A DNA stretch of 64,000 nucleotides. It comes from Antedon mediterranea (taxonomy: Eukaryota; Animalia; Echinodermata). The notes beneath the pieces were generated by a model. That model was not told the origin of the DNA, made no database searches, and saw nothing but the letters and a program-made list of their open reading frames with translations. The DNA is taken from positions 13,348,871 through 13,412,870 of the forward strand of contig NC_092676.1 in assembly GCF_964355755.1 (NCBI RefSeq), written 5' to 3'. A program made the position numbers and the translations under genes. Of the stretch, positions 13,070 to 26,510 are shown in pieces (the stretch's first letter is position 1; each line of letters begins with the position of its first letter).

Positions 13070-14925
13070 GCTCCTCGAAACAAATAATAAAATATAAATA
13101 ATATAAGAAGGTGAAGTCCAAGGGGGCTTTCGGACAGACAGAAGATGTGAAGACCACATTTTTGTCTTGAAAAGCATTATCGCCACAAGGCGTGCTGAGG
13201 GTAAAAAAAACATTTCTGGCCTTTTTGGACTTTAAAAAAGCCTTTGATTCAGTCTGGCGACAAGGGTTAATTACTGCTGCCAAAAGAATTGGTATCCGTG
13301 GTAAACTCCTTAACTTACTACTTACTAAGAAATATATACGATGATGTTAAATGCAAAGTTTTGTTCAATGACATAGAATCTGATAAGTTTAGCATTAAAG
13401 AAGGAGTGAAACAAGGCTGTTCATTGTCACCAGTTCTTTTTTCTATTTACATTAACGAACTAAATAATCTAATCAAAAGTCATAAACTAGGTGTTCAAAT
13501 CTATGGCACACAAATAGGTGCACTATTTTTTTGCTGATGACGTGGTTTTAATCGGTGACAATGAGTCTGAACTTGTAAAACTACTTAAAGTAGCAAGTGA
13601 TTATTCACAAACATGGAAATTAGAGTTTAATTTTAACAAATCAAATGTGCTGGTCACAGGGCAAAGAGTTAATCCACATAGAACATGGAGCCTTGGTAAT
13701 CATTATATCACAGAAATAGAAAGGTATAAATATCTTGGTGTAATAATATCACGTTCATATACAGATTCAGACAATATCAATGAAGTAATCAAAAAGGGAA
13801 ATAGGATAATAGCCTATATTACCTCTATTATAAACAATCAGAATGATTTCAATAGGGTATACTATGGTGATCTTTTATGGAGAACGATAGGATTACCAAC
13901 AATTAATTACGCCTCTGCAATATGGTTATGTAACTCTAAAGGTTCACTAAATAAGTTAGAAAATTTACAATACCAAATGGCTAGAATTATTTTGAAGGCA
14001 CCAAAAAACGTCGCGAAAGCGGCATTGATTGGTGACCTAGGATGGGAGACACTCTACACCACCCAAAATAAATTTAGGATGTCCTATTTTAACAGAATTA
14101 AAAATATGGACGACCAAAGGTGGCAAAAACTACTATGTAGATCTATAATGGATGTAGAAGATAAGGAAGTGGATTAACCATATCAAAGATTTATTATGTA
14201 AATCTGATTTAGGAAATAAGTTTAATTTAAATCCGGAAAGTCAATGGTTTAAGAGTTTTACACATGCCAACTCTCTAGAAAATATCAAGGAATGTTTAGA
14301 AGGTGCAAAAACAAAGTCAACCTTCTCCGAATATTTGAAATATAAATATGAACCTAAAGCAGAGACATACATGTTTGATATGATGAATTTTGATTCCATT
14401 AGTTTAAAGTTTAAAGCGAGGTCTAACTCTCTTGATTTAGAAGGTAGAAAAAATACATGGTCAGAAAATGAGACTGGTTTTTGCAAGCTATGCAACAATC
14501 AGTTAATTGAAACTACAGACCATTTTCTACTTGAATGTTCAAACCTTAAAAATGGATTTATTGTATTGTGGTTATGATACATTCTGGGAGAATTTTAGAA
14601 GTGGTACAATCGAATACCAACATCATATTTTACTTGATGACCTTTATTTAGAATTTCCATTTGAGAGAATAGGTGAAATTGTAGACTATCACTGTAAACA
14701 ATACTTAACTGCTGCATGGAGACATAGAAAGACTACACTTAATATATAATATATAAATATTTACCGCCCACCATATTATCTACTAACATTATTTTACCAT
14801 TTATCTAATTCAATAATATATTATATTTTTATATTTTTATTTATTTATTTTTAATTTTTTTTAATTTTTTTTTTTCTTCAAAATTATATAATGTAACCTA
14901 AATCTAAATAAAATAAATAAATAAT
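13070..14925 (+). mobile_element. 5'-truncated, frameshifted non-LTR retrotransposon (RT plus C-terminal CCHC-like motif; RTE-X/CR1-group-like)
   Basis: Across frames: GEVQGGFRTDRRCEDHIF, AFLDFKKAFDSVWR, GVKQGCSLSPVLFSIYINEL, FFADD, YKYLGV and CKLC..ETTDHFLLEC. AT-rich 3' UTR with (TAAA)n near 14906-14925. Clade assignment is tentative. Confidence 0.88.
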
Positions 14926-15077
14926 ACAGTACTAAAAATAAGACTAAATAGTATAATAAAAATAGTATCACGTTTAATTAAATTACAAATAACTATTAAT
15001 ATTAAATATAATAAGAACAAATAATCATATAAAAGTTGCATTTATTTTAATAATAACAGTATAATAAATCAATTAGC

Positions 15078-15080
<3 letters not shown>

Positions 15081-15116
<36 letters not shown>
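15081..15116. repeat. (TA)n microsatellite
   Basis: Uninterrupted TA run between two tail-to-tail LINEs. Confidence 0.95.
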
Positions 15117-15120
<4 letters not shown>

Positions 15121-15299
15121 TTAGTAATAATAATGATAATATATTCGCTTTAAACTTGAAAATATTAATAATACTGATAATAAATAGATAATAACATTAA
15201 CTCCATCATATAGGTTAAGTATTGATCGATCTGTAAGATTACCTTGTTTTTACTAATTTCATTTTACTTGTATAATTCGCTTCTTAGTTAAGACTTAAA

Positions 15300-16168
15300 T
15301 GTTATTTTTTGATACTTTTCTTTTTGTTTTTACATTGCCTTATAAACGTGTGCCGCTGATACAAAAGCGTTTGTTCAATAAATTTATCTTTATCTATCTT
15401 AACACAATTAGAAACTCCAAAAAACAACAATTTAACTAATATCTTTTCTCTAACACATAAGTTTAACATGTTTAAAACTAAAAAACAAGTAAAAAATAGA
15501 TTATATAAATTATTTAAGAAATATCCAAATATATGTAAATAATAAAAGAATTTACAAAGAACCTTCAACAAATAATAGTTTAAATTGACGTTTAAATAAG
15601 GCACAGTTATGAGATTTTTTAAGTGATAAAGGAAGAGAATTCCAGAGTGTAGGTACAGTGTATACAAGGGTGTTCATTTTAAGACTAGATCGAGTAAGTG
15701 GCAGGTGATCTTTTTGTCTTGTTTGGTGAGTGTGATATTGTTTATTTTGAGTGAATTTACTGGATATTATGGGTGGTAAGTGTCCAGCGGTTAATTGAAA
15801 CATGATGACACCAACATTAAATGTATAGAGGTCCTCAATTTTTTATATTTTATTTTTTTTTGAAAGAGATCTTGGGTGTGAGCACCCTGAGATAATTCTG
15901 ACAGCTCGTTTCTGGATTAATAACATTTTAGTAATAATTGATTTTGAAGCATTTCCCCAAGCAAGAACACCATAATTTAAGTACGATAATATAAGAGTAG
16001 AATATAAAATATTTAATACTTTTTGAGGAAATATTGATTTCAAATTATACATCATGCCAACATGTTTTGATAATAATTTGCAAAGGTAATTAACATGGGC
16101 TTTCCAGTCAAGTCTGTCGTCAATAAATATACCAAGAAATTTTTTGTTGATTATTTGATTAATAGGAA
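15300..16168 (-). mobile_element. 3' fragment of a CR1/L2-group LINE ORF2
   Basis: Minus-strand FLGIFIDDRLDWKAHV, LYSTLILSYLNYGVLAWG, IQKRAVRII and PTLWNSLPLSLK...FKRQFK are typical post-RT motifs of CR1/L2-group elements. Frameshifted; the 3' boundary is approximate. Confidence 0.85.
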
Positions 16169-19061
16169 CGTACAGAAATCTACTCAGAATTTACGTACCG
16201 ACATCGACCCCGTTTTTAAGTGCAGACAACGACCCCGTTTTTACGTACAGACATCGACCTAGTTTTTACGTACATACATCGACACCGATTTTACGTACAG
16301 ACATCGACCCCGTTTTAACGTACAGACATCGACCTAGTTTTTACGTACCGACATCGACCTCGATATAACGTACAGACAGCGACCCTGATTTTACGTAAAG
16401 ACATCGACCTAGTTTTGACGTACAGATATCGACTCCGTTTTGACGTACATACATCAACACCGATTTTACGCAAAGACAACGATCCGATTTCACGTACAGA
16501 CATCGACCCCGATTTTACGTACAGACATCGACCATGATTTTACGTACAGACATCGACCTAGTTTTTACGTACAGACATCGACCCTGATTTTACATACAGA
16601 CATCGACCTAGTATTGACGTACAGACATCGACCTCGTTTTTACATACAGATATCGACTCCGCTTTTACGTACAGACATCGACCTAGTTTTTATGTACCGA
16701 CATCGACCTCGACTTTACGTACAGACAGCGACCCCGATTTTACGTACAGACATCGACCCCGTTTTGACGAACAGACATCGACCCCGTTTTGACGAACAGA
16801 CATCGACACCGATTTTACGCAAAGACAACGACCCCGATTTCACGTACAGACATCGATCCCGTATTTACGTACAGACATCGACCTATTTTTTACGTACATA
16901 CATCGACCCCGATTTTACGTACATACATCGACCCCGATTTTACGCACAGCCATCAACCCCGTTTTTACGTACAGACATCGACCTAGTTTTGACGTACAGA
17001 TATCGACTCCGCTTACGTACAGACATCGACCTAGTTTTTATGTACCGATACCGACCTCGATTTTACGTACAGACAGCGACCCCAATTTTACGTACAGACA
17101 TCGACCATGATTTTACGTACAGACATCGACCTAGTTTTTACGTACAGACATCGACCCTGATTTTACATACAGACATCGACCTAGTATTGACGTACAGACA
17201 TCGACCTCGTTTTTACATACAGATATCGACTCCGCTTTTACGTACAGACATCGACCTAGTTTTTATGTACCGACATCGACCTCGACTTTACGTACAGACA
17301 GCGACCCCGATTTTACGTACAGACATCGACCCCGTTTTGACGAACAGACATCGACCCCGTTTTGACGAACAGACATCGACACCGATTTTACGCAAAGACA
17401 ACGACCCCCATTTCACGTACAGACATCGATCCCGTATTTACGTACAGACATCGACCTAGTTTTTACGTACATACATCGACCCCGATTTTACGTACATACA
17501 TCGACCCCGATTTTACGCACAGCCATCAACCCCGTTTTTACGTACAGACATCGACCTAGTTTTGACGTACAGATATCGACTCCGCTTACGTACAGACATC
17601 GACCTAGTTTTTATGTACCGATACCGACCTCGATTTTACGTACAGACAGCGACCCCAATTTTACGTACAGAGATCGACCTAGTTTTGACATACAGACATC
17701 GACCCCGTTTTTACGTAAAGACATCGACCTAGTTTTTACGTACAGAAATCGACCCCGATTTTACGTACAGACATCGACCCCGATTTTACGTACAGACATC
17801 GACCCCGATTTTACGTACAGACATCGACCCCGATTTTACGTACAGACATCGACCCGATTTTACGTACAGTCATCGACCCTGTTTTTACGTACAGACATCA
17901 ACCTCGATTTTACGTACAGAAATCAACCCCGATTTTACGTACATACATCGACCCCGATTTTACGTACAGACATCGACCTAGTTTTTACGCCCCGACATCG
18001 ACCGAGACTTTACGTACAGTCAGCGACCCCGATTTTACTTACAGACATCGACCTAGTTTTGACGTACAGACATCGACACCGATTTTACGCAAAGACAACG
18101 ACCCCGATTTCACGTACAGACATCGACCCCGATTTTAAGTACAAACATCGACCATGATTTTACGTACAGACATCGACCTAGTTTTTACGTACAGATATCG
18201 ACCCCGATTTTACTTACAGACATCGACCTAGTTTTGACGTACAGACATCGACCCCGTTTTTACATACAGATATCGACTCTGTTTTTACGTACAGACATCG
18301 ACCTAGTTTTCACGTACCGACATCGACCTCGACTTTACGTACAGAAATCTACCCCGATTTTACGTACATACATCGACCCCGATTTTACGTACAGACATCG
18401 ACCCCGATTGTACGTACAGACATCGACCTAGTTTTTACGCACCGACATCGACGTAGACTTTACATACAGTCAGCGACCCCGATTTTACATACAGACATCG
18501 ACCTAGTTTTGACGTACAGATATCGAACCCGTTTTGACGTACAGACATCGACACCGGTTTTACGCAAAGACAACAACCCCGATTTCACGTACAGACATCG
18601 ACCCCGATTTTAAGTACAAACATCGACCATGATTTTACGTACAGACATCGACCTAGTTTTTACGTACACACATCGACCCTGATTTTACATACAGACATCG
18701 ACCTAGTTTTGACGTACAGACATCGACCCCGTTTTTACATACAGATATCGACTCTGTTTTTACGTACAGACATCAACCTAGTTTTTACGTACCGACATCG
18801 ACCTCGACTTTACGTACAGACAGCGACCCCGATTTTACGTACAGCCATCAACCCCGTTTTGACGTACAGACATCGACTTAATTTTGACGTACAGACATCG
18901 ACTTAATTTAGACGAACAGACATCGATCCCGTATTTACGTACAGACATCGACCCCGATTTTACGTACATACATCGACCCCGATTTTACGTACAGAGATCG
19001 ACCCAGTTTTGACGTACAGACATCGACCCCGATTTTACGTACAGACATCGACCCCGATTTT
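16169..19061 (+). repeat. SatD: 25-bp satellite (TTTTACGTACAGACATCGACCCCGA) with 573-bp and 475-bp higher-order duplications
   Basis: Direct reading of 25-bp units. Near-identical variant strings at 16789/17362 and 18234/18709. Confidence 0.96.
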
Positions 19062-20730
19062 AGACACAAAATGGTCTAAAAACGTCTCCAAATGCGATTT
19101 GAAGCTATTCTAAGCACTTCGATGTTTTTATGTTAACAAGTTTTTTCGAAATGCACAAAATGGTCTAAAAGGTCTCCAAATGCGATTTGAAGCTATTCTG
19201 TGCACTTTTGTGGTTTTGTGTAAAAAGTTTTATCGACATGCTAAAAAAAATGGTCTAAAACGTTTTCAAACACGATATTAAGCTATTTTGTGCAATTTGA
19301 TGTTTTTGTGTGAAAAGTTTGATCGAATTGCACAAAATGGTCTAAAACATCTCTAAATGCGATTTGAAGCTATTTTGTGCACTTTTGATGTTTTTGTGTG
19401 AAAAGTTTTATCGAAATGCTCAAAATGGTCTAAAACGGTTTCAAGTGTTATTTCATGCACTTTGATGTTTTTGTGTAACCAAGTTTCCTCGAAATGCACA
19501 AAATGGTCTAAAACGTCTCCAAATACGATTTGAAGCATTTCTAAGCACTTTGGTGTTTTTATGTTAAAAAGTTTTTTTTCGAAAATCACAAAATGGTCTA
19601 AAACGTCTCCAAATGCGATTTGAAGCTATTCTGTGCACTTTGATGTTTTTGTGTCAAAAGTTTTATTGACATGCTCAAAATGGTCTAAAACGTCTTCAAA
19701 CACGATATTAAGCTATTTTGTGCAATTTGATGTTTTTTTTGTTAAAAGTTTTATCGAAATGCACAAAATGGTCTAAAACGTTTCTAAATGCGATTTGAAG
19801 CTATTTTGTGCACTTTGATGTTTTTGTGTGAAAAGCTTTATCGAAATGCTCAAAATGGTCTAAAACGGTTTCAAATGTGATTTTAAGCACTTTGATGTTT
19901 TTGTGTAACCAAGTTTCATCGAAATGCACAAAATGGTCTAAAACGTCTCCAAATGCGATTTGAAGCTATTTTGTGCACCTTGATGCTTTTGTGTGAAAAG
20001 TTTTATCAAAATCACAAAATGGTCTAAAACGTCTCCAAATGCGATTTGAAGCTATTGTGTGCACTTTGATGTTTGTGTGTCAAAAGTTTTATCGACATGC
20101 TCAAAATGGTCTAAAACGTCTTCAAACACGATATTAAGCTATTTTGTGCAATTTGATGTTTATTTTGTGAAAAGTTTTATCGAAATGCACAAAATTTTCT
20201 AAAACGTCTCTAAATGCGATTTGAAGCTATTTTGTGCACTTTGATGTTTTTGTGTGAAAAGTTTTATCGGAATGCTCAAAATGCTCCAAAACGGTTTTAA
20301 ATGTGATTTTAAGCACTTTGATGTTTTTGTGTAACCAAGTTTCATCGAAATGCACAAAATGGTATAAAACGTCTCTAAATGCGATTTGAAGCTATTTTGT
20401 GCACTTTGATGTTTTTGTGTGGAAAGTTTTATCGAAATGCTTAAAATTCTCTAAAACGGTTTTAAATGTGATTTTAAGCACTTTGATGTTTTTGTGTAAC
20501 CAAGTTTCATCGAAATGCACAAAGTGGTCTTAAACGTCTCCAAATGCCATTTGAAGCTATTCTAAGCACTTCGATGTTTTTATGTTAACAAGTTTTTTCG
20601 AAATATACAAAATGGTCTAAAACGTCTCCAAATGCGATTTGAAGCTATTCTGTGCACTTTGATGTTTTTGTGTGAAAAGTTTTATCGACATGCTCAAAAT
20701 GGTTTAAAACGTTTTCAAACACGATATTAA
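19062..20730 (-). repeat. SatB ~88-bp satellite, reverse orientation
   Basis: CACAAAATGGTCTAAAACGTCTCCAAATGCGATTTGAAGCTATT units, the reverse complement of the 7400-8800 block. Confidence 0.93.
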
Positions 20731-22030
20731 AGGACAACTGTACCGAGGACCATATTTTAAAAACGTATTAGGGGTATACATATGATTTCAGATCCATCGC
20801 GAAATCGAGGATATCGCCGCACGCGCTCGCCGTACAGCCGCCGCCGTAAATTGCTGTGACGTCAGAAGAGCATAGCGAAATTTACGTCATGAGCTTTCGC
20901 TGTTGTTACCATACAATAGATAGGTACCGTCACTTCAATTGCTTATTTAACCTGTATTAGGCTTGAATTTGCCAAAATGTTTTCCTGGTAGTTTGAAGAA
21001 ACACTTCAATATCCGGATAGGCAAAACAAACAATAAAAAAATTCAACATTTATATTTTTTACGATTTATTTAAAAAGTGTGTTTACTAGAAATGTTCGCG
21101 CTTTGCGAGACTTGTCTATGGGACCCGAAGAGTAGCTATAGAAACATGACGTATGACGTTCTGGAATCATTCAACCATATCGGACTCAAAACTTTTTCTC
21201 TGCTCTGTGTGATGTGGTGAACACGGTGTGTATGAGATAGTAATTTGAAATTTTTCCAGACAATTTTTTTAGCATTGATCGTGGCCTTATCACGTAAGTT
21301 AAAAAAAAAATTAGATTATGTTTTGTTTTTGTGTCAGGGTCTCGTAATTTCAATTTTGGAAAACAAAACTAGGCCTAGGCCCAACCTAGGTCCCCTCTGC
21401 TGCCGCTGTTTTTTTTTTATATAGGCCTAGCCTAGTCCTAGTCTGTGTAAGCCTATTCTACTAGGCTAGGCCTATAGGCTACTAATTGATATGCGCAAGA
21501 GCCTAGTATAGTACTATGCTTACCTAGTACCAGCCTAGGCCTAGTAGTACTCTACTACTAGCTTAGAGTGGGTCTGATTATTTTGGGCCATGGGGCATGG
21601 CCGCCGTTTATGAACGCCTAAAAATTCATGAACTTATAATAATATTAATATTTTTAATAATATAGTTTACTCGCAATCCTCGCTCATAATCATATTGTGC
21701 CCAGCTAGAGGAAGGGTTAGGCAGATGGATTGAATACTACTAGACCCAGGGCCTACTAGGCTAGTACTACTAAAGCCTAAAGCTAGGCATATAGGTCTAA
21801 GCCTATACCATCGTCTTTATTCACCATTTGCAATATTATGACGGCTGAATGATAGGATAGGCTTACATACAAATATATTATGATTATATATGCATATAGT
21901 AATAAGTACAGTAGTAGCTAGCGTAGTCCACATATAGCCTAGACCAGTCACAGTGCATATCAAATCGGTATTTAATATAGCCCAATTTAATACTCTCATT
22001 TAATTTCATCATAGACAGAAACGATACAAC

Positions 22031-22864
22031 ATGGCTGAAGTGCATGAAACAGAAGAAGAGTATGGAAGTGACGACGATATTTTTTATTCTGTTCCAAGAC
22101 CATATTCAGTTGCACCCCTGCCAACAGACTGAATGACAGTTTTTGGTGTACATGTGGCTTTTGTACACCAATGGCAATGGAAGACGAATGTGTATGTTGC
22201 AATGAAGTTCAACAAACATTGTCTTTATTAGAGAGAGAGAGGCCTACTACAACTCCAATGGAAGATGACGATTTATTATTACGGTGCATTAAATACAAGT
22301 GTTTTGACAAAAATTTTTCGAAGTCATCGAGACAACTGGAAAAAATTTCCGAAACCAAAGGGCCTACATGGCAAACTAAATAATGAGTAAGGCTTTTGGT
22401 TTTTTATTCACGATATCTTTCTTCCTACATAATACATTCATTTTGCCGCTAGTTCCATTGTGTTAAACTCAAGAGCACTACTCTATAAGCACAAGAATAT
22501 GTTTTGTTTTTAAAAATACATTTGACCACAAAATCTGTTTTGCATGACCATGTTTTCAAAAGTCACTCTAATAACCATTTACTATATAGAATACTAGATA
22601 TCAACAAGCAGTGAGTAAAACAAAATATAGAAAACATGGCACTATTTATTTTTAACAGACTTAGCTAAAGTCATTCATTTTTTTTTAATTATCAGACAAT
22701 ACCGCCTTGTAGCTTACAGATTTGTACTACAATGGATTCTACAAGGTGAAAAACTAGGCTACAAGAACAGAATGGTATTGCCAGCTTGTTTGGTCAAGAA
22801 AATTAGAGAAAAGTTTCCTTCACCTGATGGCCTGCTACTGATGATACATAATTTGTTCGATTAA
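22031..22864 (+). pseudogene. KolX-like accessory gene (P2X7 C-terminal/ballast-domain-like), two exons, disrupted
   Basis: Exon 1 has MAEVHETEEEYGSDDD and WCTCGFCTPMAMEDECVCCNEV. A GT..AG intron runs from about 22388 to 22695. Exon 2 reads QYRLVAYRFVLQWILQGEKLGYKNRMVLPACLVKKIREKFPSPDG. Exon 1 has a deletion and frameshifts. Confidence 0.8.
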
Positions 22865-22921
22865 ACTGAAAAATAAACTTTGTATCAACAACAGTATTTA
22901 AATCATCACCATCATAATCAT

Positions 22922-23481
22922 CTACTGATTATCCATAATTTGCTCGGTTCTTTGACAATATTCATTTATTAATAAATCTTTAGAAGGTTGTTCCTGCTTT
23001 GAGATGTTTTTTGGTAATTCTGGAAGAGGCTCTGTAGATTTGTACCTTATACCTGGGTCCATTCGTCTCTGTAGCGTCTTCTCAACCAGATCAACAACGT
23101 AATCATATTTTTTAGCTTCATAAATTTTTTTGGCAGACCATGATGGTTTTGGGCAAACCATTTTGTATCGAAGATCACCTACAATTAAATTCAGAAAAAC
23201 AAATCATTTTTAATAGGCCTATTATGTAGCTGGACTAGACAGTTTAGACATGGGTGAACAGAGAATATAATAACATTTTGTATATTAACTTAAAGTGTCT
23301 TATTATTTTATTACATGCATTATATTAGTATTACCTGCAATTGTTTGTGCCTGTTTCCTGCCAACATTAGCATTATGATCTATAACTGCTAGCTGAGTCC
23401 TGCCTTGCATAGAACCATAATGAAAGTGAATTCGTTTTGGGGCAAACTTGGTGTACGAGGCATGATAGGACTCTAAGGTAC
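22922..23481 (-). pseudogene. Kolobok transposase C-terminal remnant (last two exons)
   Basis: Exon 23481-23335 reads TLESYHASYTKFAPKRIHFHYGSMQGRTQLAVIDHNANVGRKQ. An in-frame GT-AG intron spans 23334-23179. The next exon reads GDLRYKMVCPKPSWSAKKIYEAKKYDY...stop. It is convergent with the KolX-like gene. Confidence 0.78.
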
Positions 23482-23584
23482 CTGAATTGAAGAATTGAGC
23501 AGTGAGTAAGTAAAATGGGTTTTACACTAACGTTTAATTCTTATTGTGTACACAAAAAACATTTCACGCAGTCTACTTACTAAA

Positions 23585-23748
23585 GCTGTTGGCAGGGGTG
23601 CAACTGCACTATTATTCTTCTCCTTTCTTTTGCGCTCTATCTCGGTTGGTGAGTATTGTGGTTCAAATAAATATGGTCTTGGAACAGAATAAAAAATATC
23701 GTCGTCACTTCCATACTCTTCTTCTTCTGTTTCATGCACTTCAGCCAT
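23585..23748 (-). pseudogene. Second, inverted copy of the KolX-like 5' end within the right arm
   Basis: MAEVHETEEEEYGSDDDIFYSVPRPYLFEPQY...AVAPLPT mirrors 22031-22127 and keeps the YLFEP segment deleted in the left copy. Confidence 0.8.
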
Positions 23749-25027
23749 GTTGTATCGTTTCTGTCTATGATGAAATTAAATGAGAGTATTAAATTGGGCT
23801 ATATTAAATACCGATTTGATATGCACTGTGACTGGTCTAGGCTATGTGTGGATTACGCTAGCTACTGCTATACTTATTACTATGCATATATAATCATAAT
23901 ATAGTTGTATGTAAGCCTATCCTATCATTCAGCCGTCATAATATTGCAAATGGTGAATAAAGACGATGGTATACTGTAGGCTTATACCTATATGCCTAGC
24001 TGTCCTGTAGGCTTAGTAGTACTAGCCTAGTAGTATTCAATCCATCTGCCTAACCCGTCCTCTAGCTGGGCACAATTTGATTATGAGCGAGGATTGCGAG
24101 TAAACTATATTATTATTAATATTATTATAAGTTCATGAATTTTTATAAAATAATCAGACCCACTCCTAAGCTAGTAGTCTGGTAGAGTACTACTAGGCCT
24201 AGGCTGGTACTAGGTAGGCATAGTACTATACTAGGCTCTTGCGCATATCAATGAGTAGCCTATATAGGCCTAGACTAGTAGAATAGGCTTACCCAGACTA
24301 GGCTAGGCCTAGCTAGGCCCTATATATAAAAAAAACAGCGGCAGCAGAGGGGACCTAGCTAGGTTAGGCCTAGTTTTGTTTTCCAAAATTGAAATTACGA
24401 GAACCTGACACAAAACCAAAACATAATCTAATTTTTTTTTTAAACTTACGTGATAAGGCCACGATCAATGCTAAAAAACTTGTCTGGAAAAATTACAAAT
24501 TACTATCTCACACACACAGTTCACCACATAACCACACACACCACCACCACACAGCAGAGAAAAGGTTTTGAGTCCGATATGGTTGAATGATTCCAGAACG
24601 TCTTTACGTCATGTTTCTACTACTACTCTTCGGGTCCCATAGACAAGTCTCGCAAAGCGCGAACATTTCTAGTAAACACACTTTTTAAATAAATCGTAAA
24701 AAATATAAATGTTGAATTTTTTTATTGTTTGTTTTGCCTATCCGGATATTGAAGTGTTTCTTCAAAATACCAGGAAAACATTTTGGCAAATTTAAGCCTA
24801 ATACAGGTTAAATAAGCAATTGAAGTGACAGTACCTATCTATTGTATGGTAACAACAGCGAAAGCTCATGACGTAAATTTTGCTATGCTCTTCTGACGTC
24901 ACAGCAATTTACGGCGACGGCTGTACGGCGAGCGCGTGCGGCGATATCCTCGATTTCGCGATGGTTCTGAAATCATATGTATACCCCTAATACGTTTTTA
25001 AAATATGGTCCTCGGTACAGTTGTCCT

Positions 25028-25662
25028 TTAAGCTATTTTGTGCAATTTGATGTTTTTGTGTGAAAAGTTTTATCAAAATGCACAAAATGGTCTAAAACGT
25101 CTCTAAATGCGATTTGAAGCTATTTTGTACACTTTGATGTTTTTGTGTGAAAAGTTTTATCGAAATGCTCAAAATGGTCTAAAACGGTTTAAAATGTGAT
25201 TTTAAGCACTTTGAAGTTTTTGTGTAACCAAGTTTCATCGAAATGCACAAAATGGTCTAAAACGTCTCCAAATGCGATTTAAAGCATTTCTAAGCACTTT
25301 GGTGTTTTTATGTTAAAAAGTTTTTTCGAAATTCACAAAATGGTCTAAAACGTCTCCAAATGCGATTTGAAGCATTTCTAAGCACTTTGGTGTTTTTATG
25401 TTAAAAAGTTTTTTCGAAAATCACAAAATGGTCTAAAACGTCTCCAAATGTGATTTGAAGCTATTCTAAGAACTTCGATGTTTTTATGTTAACAAGTTTT
25501 TTCGAAATGCGATTTGAAGCTATTTTGTACACTTTGATGTTTTTGTGTGAAAAGTTTTTTCGAAATGCTCAAAATGTTCTAAAACGGTTTTAAATGTGAT
25601 TTTAAGAAGTTTGATGTTTTTGTGTAACCAAGTTTCATCGAAATGCACAAAATGGTCTAAAA
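25028..25662 (-). repeat. SatB, reverse orientation (continuation after the Kolobok insertion)
   Basis: Same units and phase as 19062-20730. Confidence 0.93.
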
Positions 25663-26510
25663 CGATTTTACGTACTGACAGCCACACCGATTTGACGTAC
25701 ATACATCGAACACGATTTTACGTACATACATCGACCTAGTTTTTACGTACAGACATCGACCCTGATTTTACATACAGACATCGACCCCGTTTTTACGTAC
25801 CGACATCGACCTCAATTTTACGTACAGACAGCGACCCCGATTTTACTTACAGACATCGACCTAGTTTTTACGCACCGACATCGACGTAGACTTTACATAC
25901 AGTCAGCGACCCCGATTTTGCATACAGACATCGACCTAGTTTTGACGTACAGATATCGACCCCGTTTTGACGTACATACATCGACAGCGATTTTAAGTAA
26001 AGACAACGACCCCGATTTCACGAACAGACATCGATCCCGTATTTACGTACAGGCATCGACCCCGATTTTACGTACAGACATCGACCCCGATTTTACGTAC
26101 ATACATCGACCCCTATTTTACGTACATAGATCGACCCAGTTTTTACGTACAGACATCAACCCCGATTTTATGTACAGACATCGACCCCGATTTAACGTAC
26201 ATACATCGAACCCGATTTTACGTACATACATCAACCCCGATTTTACGTGCAGACATCGACCCCGATTTTACGTACAGACATCGACCCCGTTCTTACATCG
26301 ACCTAGTTTTTACGTACATACATTGACTCCGTTTAATGTACCGACATCGACCCCGTTTTTACGTACAGACATCGACTCCGTTCTTACGTTCTGACATCGA
26401 CCTCGATTTTACGTACAGACAGCGACTCCGATTTTACGTACAGACATCGATCCCGTTTTGACGTACAGACATCGACACCGATTTTACGCAAAGACAACGA
26501 CCCCGATTTC
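25663..26510 (+). repeat. SatD 25-bp satellite
   Basis: TTTTACGTACAGACATCGACCCCGA units. Confidence 0.95.

Larger units (their letters stand above)
20731..25027. mobile_element. Kolobok-superfamily DNA transposon derivative (non-autonomous) with ~1.4-kb inverted arms and TTAA TSD
   Basis: TTAA(20727-20730)|AGGACAACTGTACCGAGGACCATATTTT...AAAATATGGTCCTCGGTACAGTTGTCCT|TTAA(25028-25031). Removing it restores the SatB sequence CACGATATTAAGCTATTTTG. Purine-purine termini with TTAA TSD fit Kolobok rather than piggyBac, and KolX-like and transposase-like remnants lie inside. Confidence 0.9.

Noticed and set aside
20731-25027. piggyBac assignment based on the TTAA TSD
   Set aside because: The termini are AGG...CCT rather than CCY...RGG, and the coding remnants are Kolobok-like.
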